A DNA stretch of 63,947 bases, the filler included, from Licmophora abbreviata (lineage: Eukaryota): the NCBI GenBank assembly GCA_900291995.1. It is 20 parts of 20 records of this genome, joined end to end, with 100 filler letters (N's around TTAATTAATTAA, not from the genome) between each part and the next. Parts side by side here need not be neighbours in the genome. Positions count along the whole stretch, not along the records: positions 40,529 to 42,906 come from OLMU01001872.1; positions 43,007 to 44,569 come from OLMU01001873.1; positions 44,670 to 46,917 come from OLMU01001874.1; positions 47,018 to 48,617 come from OLMU01001875.1; positions 48,718 to 51,852 come from OLMU01001876.1; positions 51,953 to 61,406 come from OLMU01001877.1; 14 more parts are not named here. One strand, 5' to 3'. Of the stretch, positions 41,653 to 52,381 are shown in pieces. The notes below the pieces were generated by a model, which ran no database searches, was not told where the DNA came from, and saw nothing but the letters and a program-made list of their open reading frames with translations. Numbering within the stretch: the first letter of the stretch is position 1; each line of letters starts with the position of its first letter. The translations under genes and the position numbers were made by a program.

Positions 41653-42567
41653 TTACTCGGTGTCAGGTTGCGGGCGGATGCCCTCACGGTTCAAACGGTC
41701 GCGCAGCACCTCGATCTCGATATCCAGATCGCTCCGGTCATCCAGCATCAGCTTTTCGGTGCGCGCGGCGAAATTTCCCTCAAGATCATCCAGCAACGCG
41801 GTGAAATCCGCCTTGGCCCCCTGATCGCGGTTGCGGGCATAAAGATCGGCGAACTTGGCCGTCGCATCGCGTGCGCCCAGCAAATAGACCGACAGGAAAC
41901 GCCGCGCCGCCGTCAGGTCCCTTGGATCTTCCTCAACCGTGCGAAACAGGCGCCGCGCGGTGGCCTGAAACCGCTCGACCCGCGCCTCCAGTGCCCGATC
42001 TCCGGCGCGCTTGATCGCCTCGGACATGGCCGCCAGATGCTTTTCCGCCTCGTCCACGGCGCGGGCAACGCGGTCGGTCTGAAACAGGTCCACCCCGTCC
42101 ATGCCCTTGTCCTTCATTGGATCAAGTCCAAAGGAAAACGCATGCAGCACCACGCCAAGCGCGCCCAGAATGATCGCCTCGATAACGCCATGCCCGGCGA
42201 TCCCGGCCATCACCAGCCCCGCGCCCGTAATCACCGAGGCCAGCATCTTGCGCGGCACCGCAGGGCGGCGCGCGACCTTGCGCGCCTCATACGCTTCCTG
42301 CGCCAGAATGCCCTCGCGGGTGAGCCACGCCGCCAGCAGCAAAAGCCCCAGTGCCGCGAGATACTGCGCCATGACCACCGGTGATGCGGTAAAGGCCTGC
42401 CAGATCAGCGGCAAGGGCGCCAGAAACAGCAGGTTGACACGCCCGCCCGCCTTGGTGCGTTTCGCGCCTTGGTAGCTGCCACGATCCGTGGCACCAGCCC
42501 CAGCCTGAGCCTGTCTCGTGCCGGTCTGGCCATCGGGGCTGAATTTTCCGCCATAGCGACGTGCCAT
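41653..42567 (-). CDS. XpaC-like (5-bromo-4-chloroindolyl phosphate hydrolysis family) membrane protein
   Basis: N-terminal TM helices, EEDPRDLTAARRFLSVYL, DLDIEIEVL; directly upstream of telA. Confidence 0.82.
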   Translation of the reverse strand: MARRYGGKFSPDGQTGTRQAQAGAGATDRGSYQGAKRTKAGGRVNLLFLAPLPLIWQAFTASPVVMAQYLAALGLLLLAAWLTREGILAQEAYEARKVARRPAVPRKMLASVITGAGLVMAGIAGHGVIEAIILGALGVVLHAFSFGLDPMKDKGMDGVDLFQTDRVARAVDEAEKHLAAMSEAIKRAGDRALEARVERFQATARRLFRTVEEDPRDLTAARRFLSVYLLGARDATAKFADLYARNRDQGAKADFTALLDDLEGNFAARTEKLMLDDRSDLDIEIEVLRDRLNREGIRPQPDTE

Positions 42568-42650
42568 CAGCCGCCCCCTGCCACAGCCGTGTAGAGGATC
42601 AGAAGCACAAGCACGAAAAAAGCCAGTTTCTGCAAACCGGTATCGGACAT
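42567..42650 (-). CDS. 27-aa single-TM small protein (MSDTGLQKLAFFVLVLLILYTAVAGGG), absent from the ORF track
   Basis: ATG at 42650, TGA overlaps the xpaC ATG (TGATG), G-rich RBS-like GGGGGTGAG upstream, one hydrophobic helix. Confidence 0.65.
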   Translation of the reverse strand: MSDTGLQKLAFFVLVLLILYTAVAGGG

Positions 42651-42824
42651 CAGCACGCTCACCCCCTAAAGACAGAAAGAACTTAGGCGATGCATTCGCA
42701 GCTTGCTAGGGGTAAGATTGCAGTATCTGACACCTGCGCCGGTCCTTGCCACCCTGTGGCAAAACCGATCCGGCCCGATCTGCTTGCATCTTACCGCCGG
42801 TTACCTGCGATGCTAGAACACACC

Positions 42825-43713
42825 ATGACGTCACGTTCCTTCGTTCCCAAGGGCGCCGCCAGTTTTCGCGTGGCCTATGACGGACCGCCTCGGGACGTGT
42901 ATTTCCNNNNNNNNNNNNNNNNNNNNNNNNNNNNNNNNNNNNNNNNNNNNTTAATTAATTAANNNNNNNNNNNNNNNNNNNNNNNNNNNNNNNNNNNNNN
43001 NNNNNNGCCCGCGCATCATCCGCTGGATTCGCCGTCAGCACACCTTCGGCGCAAGGCTGGGCGGCATCTGCACCGGCGCCTTCGCTCTGGCCGAGTCAGG
43101 GCTTCTCGACAATCGCCGCTTCACCCTGCATTGGGAAAATCAGCCCGCCTTCGTCGAGCGTTTTTTCGGGCTCGAGCCCACCGGCGCGCTTTATGAAAAC
43201 GACCGGGGCCTGATCACCTGCGGCGGCGGGAGTGCAGCCACCGACCTGATGCTCGATCTCATCGAAACCCATCACGGCCCCGATCTGGCGACGATCGTGG
43301 CCGACATGTGCCTGCATTTCCGCTCGAACCTGCAGCAGACCAAGCAGAAATCCGCGTATTCCTTCGCCTTGGGAAGCCGCAATCCGCGTCTCATCGCCGC
43401 CATGCGCCTGATGAACGAAACCCTCGAGACACCGCTGGACATGACAGTGCTCGCCGGGCAACTCGGCATTTCGCGGCGACAGCTTGAACGGCTCTTTGCG
43501 GCGCATGTCGGCACGACGCCCGCGCAGTTCTATATCGACCTGCGGATTTCGCGCGCCCATGCGCTTCTGAATGAAACCGATCTCAGCGTCGCCGAGATCG
43601 CCGCCGCCACCGGCTTCAACAGCGCCTCGCAAATGGCCACGCGGTTCCGCAAACGGTTCGGCATGTCGCCCCGCGCCTACCGCAAAAGCTGGAGCGCGCC
43701 GACCGCTGTCTGA
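42825..43713 (+). CDS. GlxA/AraC family transcriptional regulator, split by linker 42907-43006
   Basis: GGICTGAFALA, FTLHWEN, TCGGG (DJ-1-like domain), ISRRQLERLF and IAAATGF..FRKRFGMSP HTH motifs. Confidence 0.9.
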
Positions 43714-43732
43714 CGCCCGGGATTGCCGGTTA

Positions 43733-43848
43733 GGTTTGGTACGAAACGCGTCTTGTTTCGTACCGACGGCACCGCGCGCCATGTTAAACCGGCCGGTTTT
43801 CCGACGCCGCACCGACGCGATACCGACGTTATACCGACGTGATGCCGC
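43733..43848. repeat. Intergenic palindrome plus short 11-bp tandem array
   Basis: GGTACGAAAC-GCGTCTT-GTTTCGTACC hairpin; CCGACG starts at 43801, 43812, 43823, 43834. Confidence 0.6.
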
Positions 43849-43894
43849 ACCGGGTTTTGCCTGTTAACAAAGGGGTTTGCGGCTGATTCGCGCC

Positions 43895-44569
43895 TCAGGT
43901 CCGCCGCCGCGTCCGCTTCGGTGCCGGCTTGCCGGGTTTCTTCGGCGCTTCTTCGGAGGTTTCGCCCAGCTGGTCGCGCAGGATCCGTGGCCGGATTTCC
44001 TCGACCGCGCCGGGCTTCAGCGTGCCAAGCTGGAACGGCCCATAGGACACCCGGATCAGCCGGTTGACACTCAGCCCCACAGCCTCCATCGCGCGGCGCA
44101 CCTCGCGGTTGCGCCCTTCGCGGATCCCCACCGTGACCCAGGCGTTGGCGCCTTGCTGGCGGTCCAGCGTCACGATCATCGGCTGGAATTTTTCTCCATC
44201 TATAACAAGGCCTTGGCGTAGCGGTGCAAAGGTATCGTCGGTCGGCCTGCCATTGACGCGTACCCGGTAGCGGCGCAGCCATCCGGTCGAGGGCAGCTCC
44301 AGCTTGCGCTTGAGCCCGCCATCATTGGTCAGCAGCAACAACCCTTCGGAATTGATGTCCAGTCGGCCCACGCTCATCACGCGCGGCAGGTCCTCGGGCA
44401 ACTCGTCAAAGATCGTCGGTCTGCCCTGTTCGTCCTTGTTGGTCGTCACCAGCCCCGTCGGCTTGTGATAGAGCCACAGCCTCTGCGGCTCCGGCGCCCG
44501 CAGATCGCGCCCATCCACCGCGATCCGGTCCTTGTCCGTCACATTCAGCGCCGCCCGGTCGATCTTCTT
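43895..44569 (-). CDS. rluB: Pseudouridine synthase (RluB-like), 5' end in gap
   Basis: YHKP.G, VGRLDINSEGLLLLTNDG, EGRNREVRR, LIRVSYGPF. Confidence 0.85.
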   Translation of the reverse strand, partial: KKIDRAALNVTDKDRIAVDGRDLRAPEPQRLWLYHKPTGLVTTNKDEQGRPTIFDELPEDLPRVMSVGRLDINSEGLLLLTNDGGLKRKLELPSTGWLRRYRVRVNGRPTDDTFAPLRQGLVIDGEKFQPMIVTLDRQQGANAWVTVGIREGRNREVRRAMEAVGLSVNRLIRVSYGPFQLGTLKPGAVEEIRPRILRDQLGETSEEAPKKPGKPAPKRTRRRT

Positions 44570-44669
44570 NNNNNNNNNNNNNNNNNNNNNNNNNNNNNNN
44601 NNNNNNNNNNNNNTTAATTAATTAANNNNNNNNNNNNNNNNNNNNNNNNNNNNNNNNNNNNNNNNNNNN

Positions 44670-45311
44670 CGCCTTGATGAGCACCTCTGCGGATTGTTCG
44701 AGGATCGGGAAGGTCTTGTAATGACAGGGGATCACCGTCTTGAAATCAAAGAAGGTTTTCGCCGCATAGGCCGCTCGGCGCATGTCCATCGTGAAATGTC
44801 CCCCGGCGCACAGGATGCCGATATCGGGCGCGTGCAGGTCGTTGAAAACCTTCATGTCGGCCATCACATCCGTATCGCCCGAGACATAGATCGTATGCCC
44901 TTCACCGGCGATCATGTAACCGCATTCGGTGCCCGGCACATTGGGTCCGCCGCTGCCGCCGCCCATCGAGCTTGAATGCACCGCGTGCACCATCGTCACC
45001 ATCGCACCACCCAGATCCACCGTGCCGCCCTTGTTGAAGCCCACGGTCTCGATCCCTTCGGTTTCTTCCCAATAGGACATCAGATCGTATTGCCCCACGA
45101 CCGGCACGCCAAGCTCTTTGGCCAGACGTGGCAGATCGCCCGCATGATCGAAATGCGCATGGGTCAGCAGGATATGGGTGGCCCCTTCGATGGCGGGTTT
45201 GTGCTGATCCGGCTCCAGCATCGGATTGCCGGTCAGCCATGGATCGATCAGAAGAACCAGACCTCCGATCTCGAGCCGGAATGACGCATGTCCAAGCCAT
45301 GTGATTTTCAT
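44670..45311 (-). CDS. Metal-dependent hydrolase (metallo-beta-lactamase fold, UPF0173-like), 3' end in gap
   Basis: MKITWLGHASF, LTHAHFDH, AVHSS, SGDT, PCHY. Confidence 0.88.
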
Positions 45312-45369
45312 GTATTCCTCCCTATCTGTTGCCCTCACACTACCAATCCCTCTGCCGGAGAAAAGCCCC

Positions 45370-46032
45370 ATGGAGTGGACGCGCCACATTGACGGCTATT
45401 GCGAACGTCTGGACCCGGGCTACTGGGCCGAGCCGATCAATGCTGTAACCAATGCCGCGTTCGTGCTGGCGGCCCTGATCATGTGGCGCCGTCTGGGGGA
45501 TGCACCGTTGCCGCTGGCGCGCGTGCTGGTGGCGGTCCTGGCCGCGATCGGGCTTGGCTCGTTCCTGTTTCACACCCATGCGCAGGTCTGGTCGGCGCTG
45601 GCCGATGTGCTGCCGATCATGGCGTTCGTTCTGGTCTATATCTACGCCGCGAACCGCGCATTCTGGCGCAAGGGGCGGCTGGCGTCTGTCTTCGGGGTAG
45701 GGGTCGCCATCGCGCTGTCGGTGGCACTGATCCCGGTTCTGGCGGTCATCCCGCTCATCGGCGTGTCGGCCAGCTATCTTCCGCTGCCCTTGCTGATCGC
45801 GGGCTATGGTCTGGCCTTGCGGTCGCGGGCGCCGGACACGGCGCGGGGTCTGTTGATCGGAGCGGGGCTGTTGGTGGTCTCGTTGATGTTTCGCAGTCTC
45901 GATCAGGTGGTCTGCGATATCCTGCCCTTCGGCACGCATTTTGGCTGGCATTTGCTCAACGCGGTAATGCTGGGCTGGATGATCGAGGTTTACCGCCGCC
46001 ATATGCTTGCACCGCCTCTGCCCCGGCGCTAA
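45370..46032 (+). CDS. Ceramidase-domain (CREST superfamily) membrane protein
   Basis: [27 protein letters not shown] in a multi-TM protein. Confidence 0.8.
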   Translation: MEWTRHIDGYCERLDPGYWAEPINAVTNAAFVLAALIMWRRLGDAPLPLARVLVAVLAAIGLGSFLFHTHAQVWSALADVLPIMAFVLVYIYAANRAFWRKGRLASVFGVGVAIALSVALIPVLAVIPLIGVSASYLPLPLLIAGYGLALRSRAPDTARGLLIGAGLLVVSLMFRSLDQVVCDILPFGTHFGWHLLNAVMLGWMIEVYRRHMLAPPLPRR

Positions 46033-46065
46033 AGGCTTGGGCGACTGAAAAACGGAGATTGATGC

Positions 46066-46353
46066 ATGTCGATCGACAAGGATACCGCCGCCAAGGTGGC
46101 CAAGCTGGCCCGCATCCGCGTGGAAGACGACGCCCTGCCGGCATTGGCGCAGGAGTTCAACGACATCCTGGGCTTTATCGAGCAGTTGAACGAGGTGGAC
46201 GTGGACGGGATCGAACCGATGACCAGCGTCACGCCGATGCGGCTCAAACGTCGCGAGGACGTGGTGACCGAAGGCGGCATGGTCGACAAGGTTCTGTCCA
46301 ACGCGCCCGATGCCCGCGAGGGGTTCTTTGCCGTGCCGAAGGTGGTCGAGTGA
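46066..46353 (+). CDS. gatC: Asp/Glu-tRNA amidotransferase subunit C
   Basis: [33 protein letters not shown]. Confidence 0.96.
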   Translation: MSIDKDTAAKVAKLARIRVEDDALPALAQEFNDILGFIEQLNEVDVDGIEPMTSVTPMRLKRREDVVTEGGMVDKVLSNAPDAREGFFAVPKVVE

Positions 46354-47907
46354 TGACTGATCTGAACAAACTGACGATTGCCGAAGCCCGCGACGCGCTG
46401 CGCAAGGGGGAGGTGACCAGCCTCGAATTGACCGAGGCGTGTCTGACCGAAATCGAAAGCGCGGGCGCGCTCAACGCCTTTGTGCACGACACCTCGGATC
46501 TGGCGCGCGAACAGGCCCGTGCCGCCGATGCGCGGATCAAGTCCGGCGATGCGCCGTCCCTGTGCGGCATCCCCTTGGGCATCAAGGATCTTTTCTGCAC
46601 CCGTGGTGTTCCCAGTCAAGCCGCAAGCGCGATCCTTGAAGGGTTCCGTCCGGAATATGAATCCACCGTCACGCAAAACCTGTTCGATGCGGGCGCTGTG
46701 ATGCTGGGCAAGCTGAACATGGACGAGTTCGCCATGGGCTCGTCCAATGAGACATCGGTCTACGGCAATGCGGTCAACCCCTGGAAGGTGGATGACCGGC
46801 AGTTGACCCCGGGCGGCTCGTCCGGTGGGTCGGCTGCTGCGGTCGCCGCCGATCTGTGTCTTGCAGCCACCGGCACTGATACCGGCGGCTCGATCCGTCA
46901 GCCTGCGGCCTTCACAGNNNNNNNNNNNNNNNNNNNNNNNNNNNNNNNNNNNNNNNNNNNNTTAATTAATTAANNNNNNNNNNNNNNNNNNNNNNNNNNN
47001 NNNNNNNNNNNNNNNNNGGCGGTGTTCGCGGTGGGGGATTGTGGCGTTCGCCTCGTCGCTCGATCAGGCGGGACCGATGACCAAGACGGTGCGCGACTCC
47101 GCGATCATGCTGCAGACGATGTGCGGACATGACCCCAAGGATTCCACCAGCGCCGATATCCCGGTGCCGGATTTCGAAGCCATGCTGACCGGCGACATCA
47201 ACGGCAAGGTGATCGGCATTCCTCGCGAATACCGCATGGACGGGATGCCTGCCGAGATCGAAAAGCTTTGGGCCGACGGCAGCGCGATGCTGAAAGATGC
47301 CGGGGCCGAGATCCGCGATATCTCTCTGCCGCACACGAAATATGCGTTGCCCGCCTATTACGTGATTGCCCCGGCCGAAGCGTCTTCGAACCTCGCGCGC
47401 TATGATGGTGTGCGCTATGGACACCGCGCGCGGCTGGAGCAGGGCGACGGCATTACCGAGATGTACGAGAAAACCCGTGCCGAGGGCTTTGGCGACGAGG
47501 TCAAGCGCCGTGTCATGGTCGGCACCTATGTGCTTTCGGCTGGTTTCTACGATGCCTACTACAACCGCGCCCGCAAGGTCCGCACCCTCATCAAGCGCGA
47601 TTTCGAACAGGTTTTCGATGCGGGCGTCGATGCCATCCTGACACCTGCCACGCCCTCGGCGGCGTTCGGACTGGGCGAAATGGCCAATGCCGATCCGGTG
47701 CAGATGTATCTCAACGATGTTTTTACCGTGACGGTGAACCTTGCCGGCTTGCCCGGCATCGCCGTGCCGGCCGGCATCGATGGCAAGGGGCTGCCCCTTG
47801 GGCTGCAGCTCATCGGGCGCCCGTGGGAAGAGGGCGATCTGCTGAATACGGCCTATGCGCTCGAACAGGCGGCAGGCTTTGTGGCAAAGCCCGAAAAATG
47901 GTGGTAA
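46353..47907 (+). CDS. gatA: Asp/Glu-tRNA amidotransferase subunit A, split by linker 46918-47017
   Basis: [40 protein letters not shown]. Confidence 0.96.
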
Positions 47908-47946
47908 ACCCGACGGCAAAACGTCCTTGATTGCAGGGTAAGACAA

Positions 47947-48617
47947 ATGCGTTTCTTTCTGTGTGCAGCGGGTCTTCTGGCGCTGAGCGCCTGTTCCCCG
48001 GCAGTCCCTGACAGCGCGGCTGGCGTGGGCTTTGGCGATTACGACGCCTATCAGGCCGAGCAACAGGCGCGAGAGGCCCGGCTGGCGGGCGTGGCGGTGC
48101 CATCACCCATGGCTGTCTCTTCGGAGCCGCTCGATGGCGGGGCGCCGCAAACCGGGGATGGATCGGACCTGGTGGCCGAAACGCAGGCCGCCTTGCGCGA
48201 ACAGGCGTTGAATTCCGGGCAGCCTGTGCTGCATGCCGATCCCTCAAACCCGCAGCCGCAGACTGTCACGACAGCAACCGGCATGTCGGTCGAGACCAAT
48301 TTCGACGCCGTGAGCGCGGAACGGTCCATCGAAAGCGACGCGGCGCTGATCGCGCAGAACCGTGCCCGCTACACGGTGGTCGAACCCGAGGCGCTGCCTG
48401 CCCGCACAGGTAGTGAGCCGAATATCGTGCAATACGCCCTGTCCAGCACGCATCCCGTGGGCACCCGCGTCTACAGCCGCGTCGGCGTCAACAGTCAGGC
48501 CCGGTTCCAGCGCAATTGTGCGGGCTACACCTCGCCCGACAAGGCCCAGATCGACTTCATGTCCAAGGGTGGCCCACAGCGTGACCGGATGGGTCTTGAC
48601 CCTGACGGCGATGGCTA
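47947..48617 (+). CDS. Hypothetical lipoprotein with Excalibur-like C-terminal motif, 3' end cut
   Basis: Lipobox LALSAC; NCAGY..AQ..F..GGP..D..GLDPDGDG. Confidence 0.7.
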
Positions 48618-48717
48618 NNNNNNNNNNNNNNNNNNNNNNNNNNNNNNNNNNNNNNNNNNNNTTAATTAATTAANNNNNNNNNNNNNNNNNNNNNNNNNNN
48701 NNNNNNNNNNNNNNNNN

Positions 48718-49371
48718 TTTCGGGCGCGCCGGGGCGATGCACAGCCGGATATGATCGTGCTGCATTACACGGCCATGAAGACGGCCGAGGCGGCACTGGA
48801 GCGTCTGTGCGATGCCGATGCCGAGGTGTCGGCCCATTACCTGATCTGCGAGCGTGGCCGTGTCTGGCGTCTGGTCGACGAGGCCGCGCGTGCATGGCAC
48901 GCCGGGGCAGGGCAGTGGGGGAATGTGACGGATGTCAATTCCCGCTCGATCGGCATCGAACTGGCCAATCCCGGCACGCATCCTTTTCCCGACCCGCAGA
49001 TGCGCGCGCTCGAAGGGCTGATGCGAGGGATCATGCAGCGTTGGTCGATCGCGCCCGAACGGGTGATCGCCCATTCCGACATGGCCCCCACCCGCAAATG
49101 CGATCCCGGCCCGCGTTTCGATTGGCTCAGGCTGGCGCGCCAGGCTCTCAGCGTCTGGCCGCAACCGGGGGCACCTGCTGACGATTTCCTTGGGGCGGCG
49201 CGGCAATTCGGTTATGCGCTGCCGCCCGACGGGGACGAGGGCACACTCATTGGTGCGTTCCGTCAAAGGTTCAGGCCATGGGCGTCGGGGCCGCTGGATG
49301 ACACCGATCGCGCCTTGATCGCCGATCTGGCCGCGCGCTTCCCGGTTGACCGCGCGCCGCGCGATGCCTAG
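48718..49371 (+). CDS. N-acetylmuramoyl-L-alanine amidase (Amidase_2), 5' end in gap
   Basis: IVLHYT, VSAHYLI, RAWHAG, NSRSIGIEL, HSD.AP.RK.DPG. Confidence 0.92.
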   Translation, partial: FRARRGDAQPDMIVLHYTAMKTAEAALERLCDADAEVSAHYLICERGRVWRLVDEAARAWHAGAGQWGNVTDVNSRSIGIELANPGTHPFPDPQMRALEGLMRGIMQRWSIAPERVIAHSDMAPTRKCDPGPRFDWLRLARQALSVWPQPGAPADDFLGAARQFGYALPPDGDEGTLIGAFRQRFRPWASGPLDDTDRALIADLAARFPVDRAPRDA

Positions 49372-49374
49372 ATG
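49346..49374 (+). promoter_or_regulatory. Putative sigma70 promoter of rnpB
   Basis: TTGACC-N17-TAGATG ending 6 nt before the RNA 5' end. Confidence 0.6.
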
Positions 49375-49380
49375 CAGGAT

Positions 49381-49786
49381 GCGCGGAAGGCTGGATGGCC
49401 GCGGGGGTCCGCCCCCGAGGAAAGTCCGGACTCCACAAGACAACGGTGCCGGGTAACGCCCGGCCGGGGAAACCCGAGGGAAAGCGCCACAGAGAACAGA
49501 CCGCCCCGCAGCTGCGCAAGCGTCTGCACGGGTAAGGGTGAAACGGTGGAGTAAGAGCCCACCGCGGGGCTGGCAACAGCCCCGGCATGGCAAGCCCCAC
49601 CGGGAGCAATGCCGAATAGGGATCGCGCGCGGGGTTCAGGTCGGGCAACCGATACCGCCCGCAGGGACGTCTTGCCCCAGCGATCCGGGTTGGCAGCTTG
49701 AGGTGTCGTGGCAACACGGCGCCCAGACGAATGGTCATCCAAGGGGGCGACCCCTGGACAGAATCCGGCTTACAGGCCTTCCGCGC
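49381..49786 (+). ncRNA. rnpB: RNase P RNA (bacterial class A)
   Basis: GAGGAAAGTCCGGACTC, AGCGCCACAGA, GGGTGAAACGG..GTAAGAGC, ACAGAATCCGGCTTA; terminal P1 GCGCGGAAGG/CCTTCCGCGC. Confidence 0.97.
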
Positions 49787-49906
49787 ATGATTTTCTTTGG
49801 CATTTTTCGCCGCTCGAGCCGATGCATGTTCTGCCTGTCGGTGCGTTTGTCGTCGCAGCGTCTTGGCGTCTCTTTTCAATGCCGAAGGCCGCGCTAATAT
49901 AGCGCC

Positions 49907-50416
49907 ATGCCGTATGAATGGACCTTCGATACCGACACCGCGCGCGCCTCCAGCCTCAAGCTCTGGCCGCATCGCTCGCTGCCCCGTAAGGGGTTCGCGG
50001 CGTTTATCCTTGCGACCTTCGTGATGATCACCATCCCGCTCTATCCCTTGCTGGGAACGGTTGTCCTATGGGGTCTTTTGCCTTTTCTGCTGATGGCGGT
50101 CGGCGGCATATGGTGGGCGCTCGAGCGCTCTTACCGCGATGCCGAGATCACCGAGGAATTGCAGATCGATCCCGAACAGGTGCATCTGGTGCGCGTCAAT
50201 CCCGGTGGCCGCGTTCAGGAGTGGGATTGTCAAAGCTATTGGGCCAAGGCGCAGATGCACCCTACGGGCGGGCCTGTCGCGCATTATATCACGCTCAAAG
50301 GCAAGGGCCGCGAGGTCGAAATCGGGGCGTTTCTGTCCGAAGACGAACGTAAGGCGCTTTACGCTGAACTGGTGGACGCCCTGCGCATGGCCGCGCGACC
50401 AGATCCCGCGCAGTAG
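49907..50416 (+). CDS. DUF2244 domain membrane protein
   Basis: LWPHRSL, two TM helices, REVEIGAFLSEDER. Confidence 0.85.
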   Translation: MPYEWTFDTDTARASSLKLWPHRSLPRKGFAAFILATFVMITIPLYPLLGTVVLWGLLPFLLMAVGGIWWALERSYRDAEITEELQIDPEQVHLVRVNPGGRVQEWDCQSYWAKAQMHPTGGPVAHYITLKGKGREVEIGAFLSEDERKALYAELVDALRMAARPDPAQ

Positions 50417-50443
50417 CCCGGCAAAGCGCCGTGTCTCAGTGTC

Positions 50444-50902
50444 TCAGCCCAGTCTGGATTTCACCTTGGGCCCCACCGCGCCGAAATCCATCTGGCCGGC
50501 ATATTTGTCTTTCAGACGCCCCATGATCTTGCCCATGTCCCGGATCGACGTCGCGCCGGTTTCGGCGATCACGTCATCCACAGCCGTCTCGATTTCATCC
50601 TCGGACAGCTGACGCGGCAGGAATTCCTCGATGATCGCGATCTCGCCCGCCTCACGCTCAGCCAGATCGAGACGCCCGCCCTCTTCGTAGGCCCGCACAC
50701 TTTCCTGGCGCTGCTTGGTCATCTTTGCGAGGATCGCGAGAATATCGGTATCGGTCACACTGGATGCATCATCCGTGCCACGCCGCGCGATGTCCTGATC
50801 CTTGATCGCGGCATTGATGAGCCGCAACGTGGTCAGCCGCGCCGTGTCCTTGTCTTTCATCGCCGTCTTGAGGGCCGTGTTGACCCTGTCTCGCAAATCC
50901 AT
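50444..50902 (-). CDS. GatB/YqeY domain protein
   Basis: LKTAMKDKD, KQRQES, FLPRQLS, DMGKIMG. Confidence 0.92.
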   Translation of the reverse strand: MDLRDRVNTALKTAMKDKDTARLTTLRLINAAIKDQDIARRGTDDASSVTDTDILAILAKMTKQRQESVRAYEEGGRLDLAEREAGEIAIIEEFLPRQLSEDEIETAVDDVIAETGATSIRDMGKIMGRLKDKYAGQMDFGAVGPKVKSRLG

Positions 50903-51089
50903 GCCGGTCCATCCCGCGCTGTGGTCACAAGTGGCTCACAATATAGAACTCCGTATCCGGAGACAAGGCAGCGCCATGCAGCAAAATACCTTGTTTTGAA
51001 GGGGTGCGAGATGGGCATCTTGTCCCTTGACCCTTGGCGGTCACCCTCATAGGTATACGCCAATTTGCCCAGACCCGGAGACTCACGCC

Positions 51090-52287
51090 ATGGCACATGC
51101 GACCCAAGACCGTCCTACCGCCTGTCTTGCTCTGGCCGATGGCACCCTGTTTTACGGCAAGGGCTTTGGCGCCACCGGTGAAACCACGGCCGAGCTGTGT
51201 TTCAACACCGCAATGACCGGATATCAGGAGATCATGACCGACCCTTCCTATGCCGGGCAGGTTGTGACCTTCACCTTTCCCCATATCGGCAATGTCGGCG
51301 TAAATCCCGAAGATGACGAAACCGCCGATCCCGTGGCCGAGGGCATGGTCGTCAAATGGGATCCGACCGAACCCAGCAGTTGGCGTGCGACCGAAACACT
51401 GGGTGAATGGCTGACGAAACGCGGACGCATCGCGATCGGTGGGGTGGATACGCGTCGTCTGACCCGTGCGATCCGCCAGCAGGGCGCGCCGCATGTGGCG
51501 CTGGCCCATGATCCCGAGGGAAATTTCGACACTGCGGCACTTGTTGCCAAGGCGCGCAGCTTTGCCGGCCTCGAAGGCATGGACCTTGCGAGCCGCGTGA
51601 CCTGTGCGCAATCCTACCGTTGGGATGAAATGCGGTGGGCTTGGCCCGATGGCTACACGCGCCAGACCGAGGCCCGGCACAAGGTGGTCGCCGTGGATTA
51701 CGGTGCCAAGCGCAACATCCTGCGGTGTCTGGCCAGCGTGGGCTGCGAAGTGACCGTTTTGCCCGCAACCGCCACCGCCGAAGACGTGCTGGCCCATAGA
51801 CCGGATGGCGTGTTCCTGTCGAACGGTCCGGGCGATCCTGCAGCGACAGGCGNNNNNNNNNNNNNNNNNNNNNNNNNNNNNNNNNNNNNNNNNNNNTTAA
51901 TTAATTAANNNNNNNNNNNNNNNNNNNNNNNNNNNNNNNNNNNNNNNNNNNNTCGGAATTTGTCTGGGCCATCAGATGCTGGCTCTGGCCCTTGGCGCCA
52001 AGACCATCAAGATGAATCACGGACATCACGGAGCGAACCACCCCGTTAAGGATATGGAAACCGGTAAGGTGGAAATTACCTCGATGAATCACGGATTCGC
52101 GGTGGACAGTCAGACGCTTCCGAAAGGCATCATGGAAACGCATGTGTCGCTCTTCGATGGGTCCAATTGCGGAATCCGCATGATCGACCGCCCGGTGTTT
52201 TCGGTGCAGCACCATCCCGAAGCCAGCCCGGGACCGCAAGACAGCTTCTATCTGTTTGAACGTTTTGCGGTGTCGATGGCGAGCTGA
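51090..52287 (+). CDS. carA: Carbamoyl-phosphate synthase small subunit, split by linker 51853-51952
   Basis: [43 protein letters not shown]. Confidence 0.96.
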
Positions 52288-52298
52288 TCTGGTTCGTG

Positions 52299-52336
52299 TT
52301 TACCCTTTATTAACCTCTGATTTACAAAGCCTTAAC
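52299..52336 (+). promoter_or_regulatory. Phased array of CtrA-type half-sites
   Basis: TTTA-N7-TTAA-N7-TTTA-N7-TTAAC, half-sites at 52299, 52310, 52321, 52332. Confidence 0.65.
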
Positions 52337-52381
52337 CCTTAAAGTTCATGCTGCCTGAAAAGGTAACGGCAGGAGGCCGGC

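Noticed and set aside
42891..42906. Reverse-strand similarity to the AAATAC..GTCCCG repeat
   Set aside because: Lies in the coding start of the GlxA-like gene (PRDVYF); short and likely chance.
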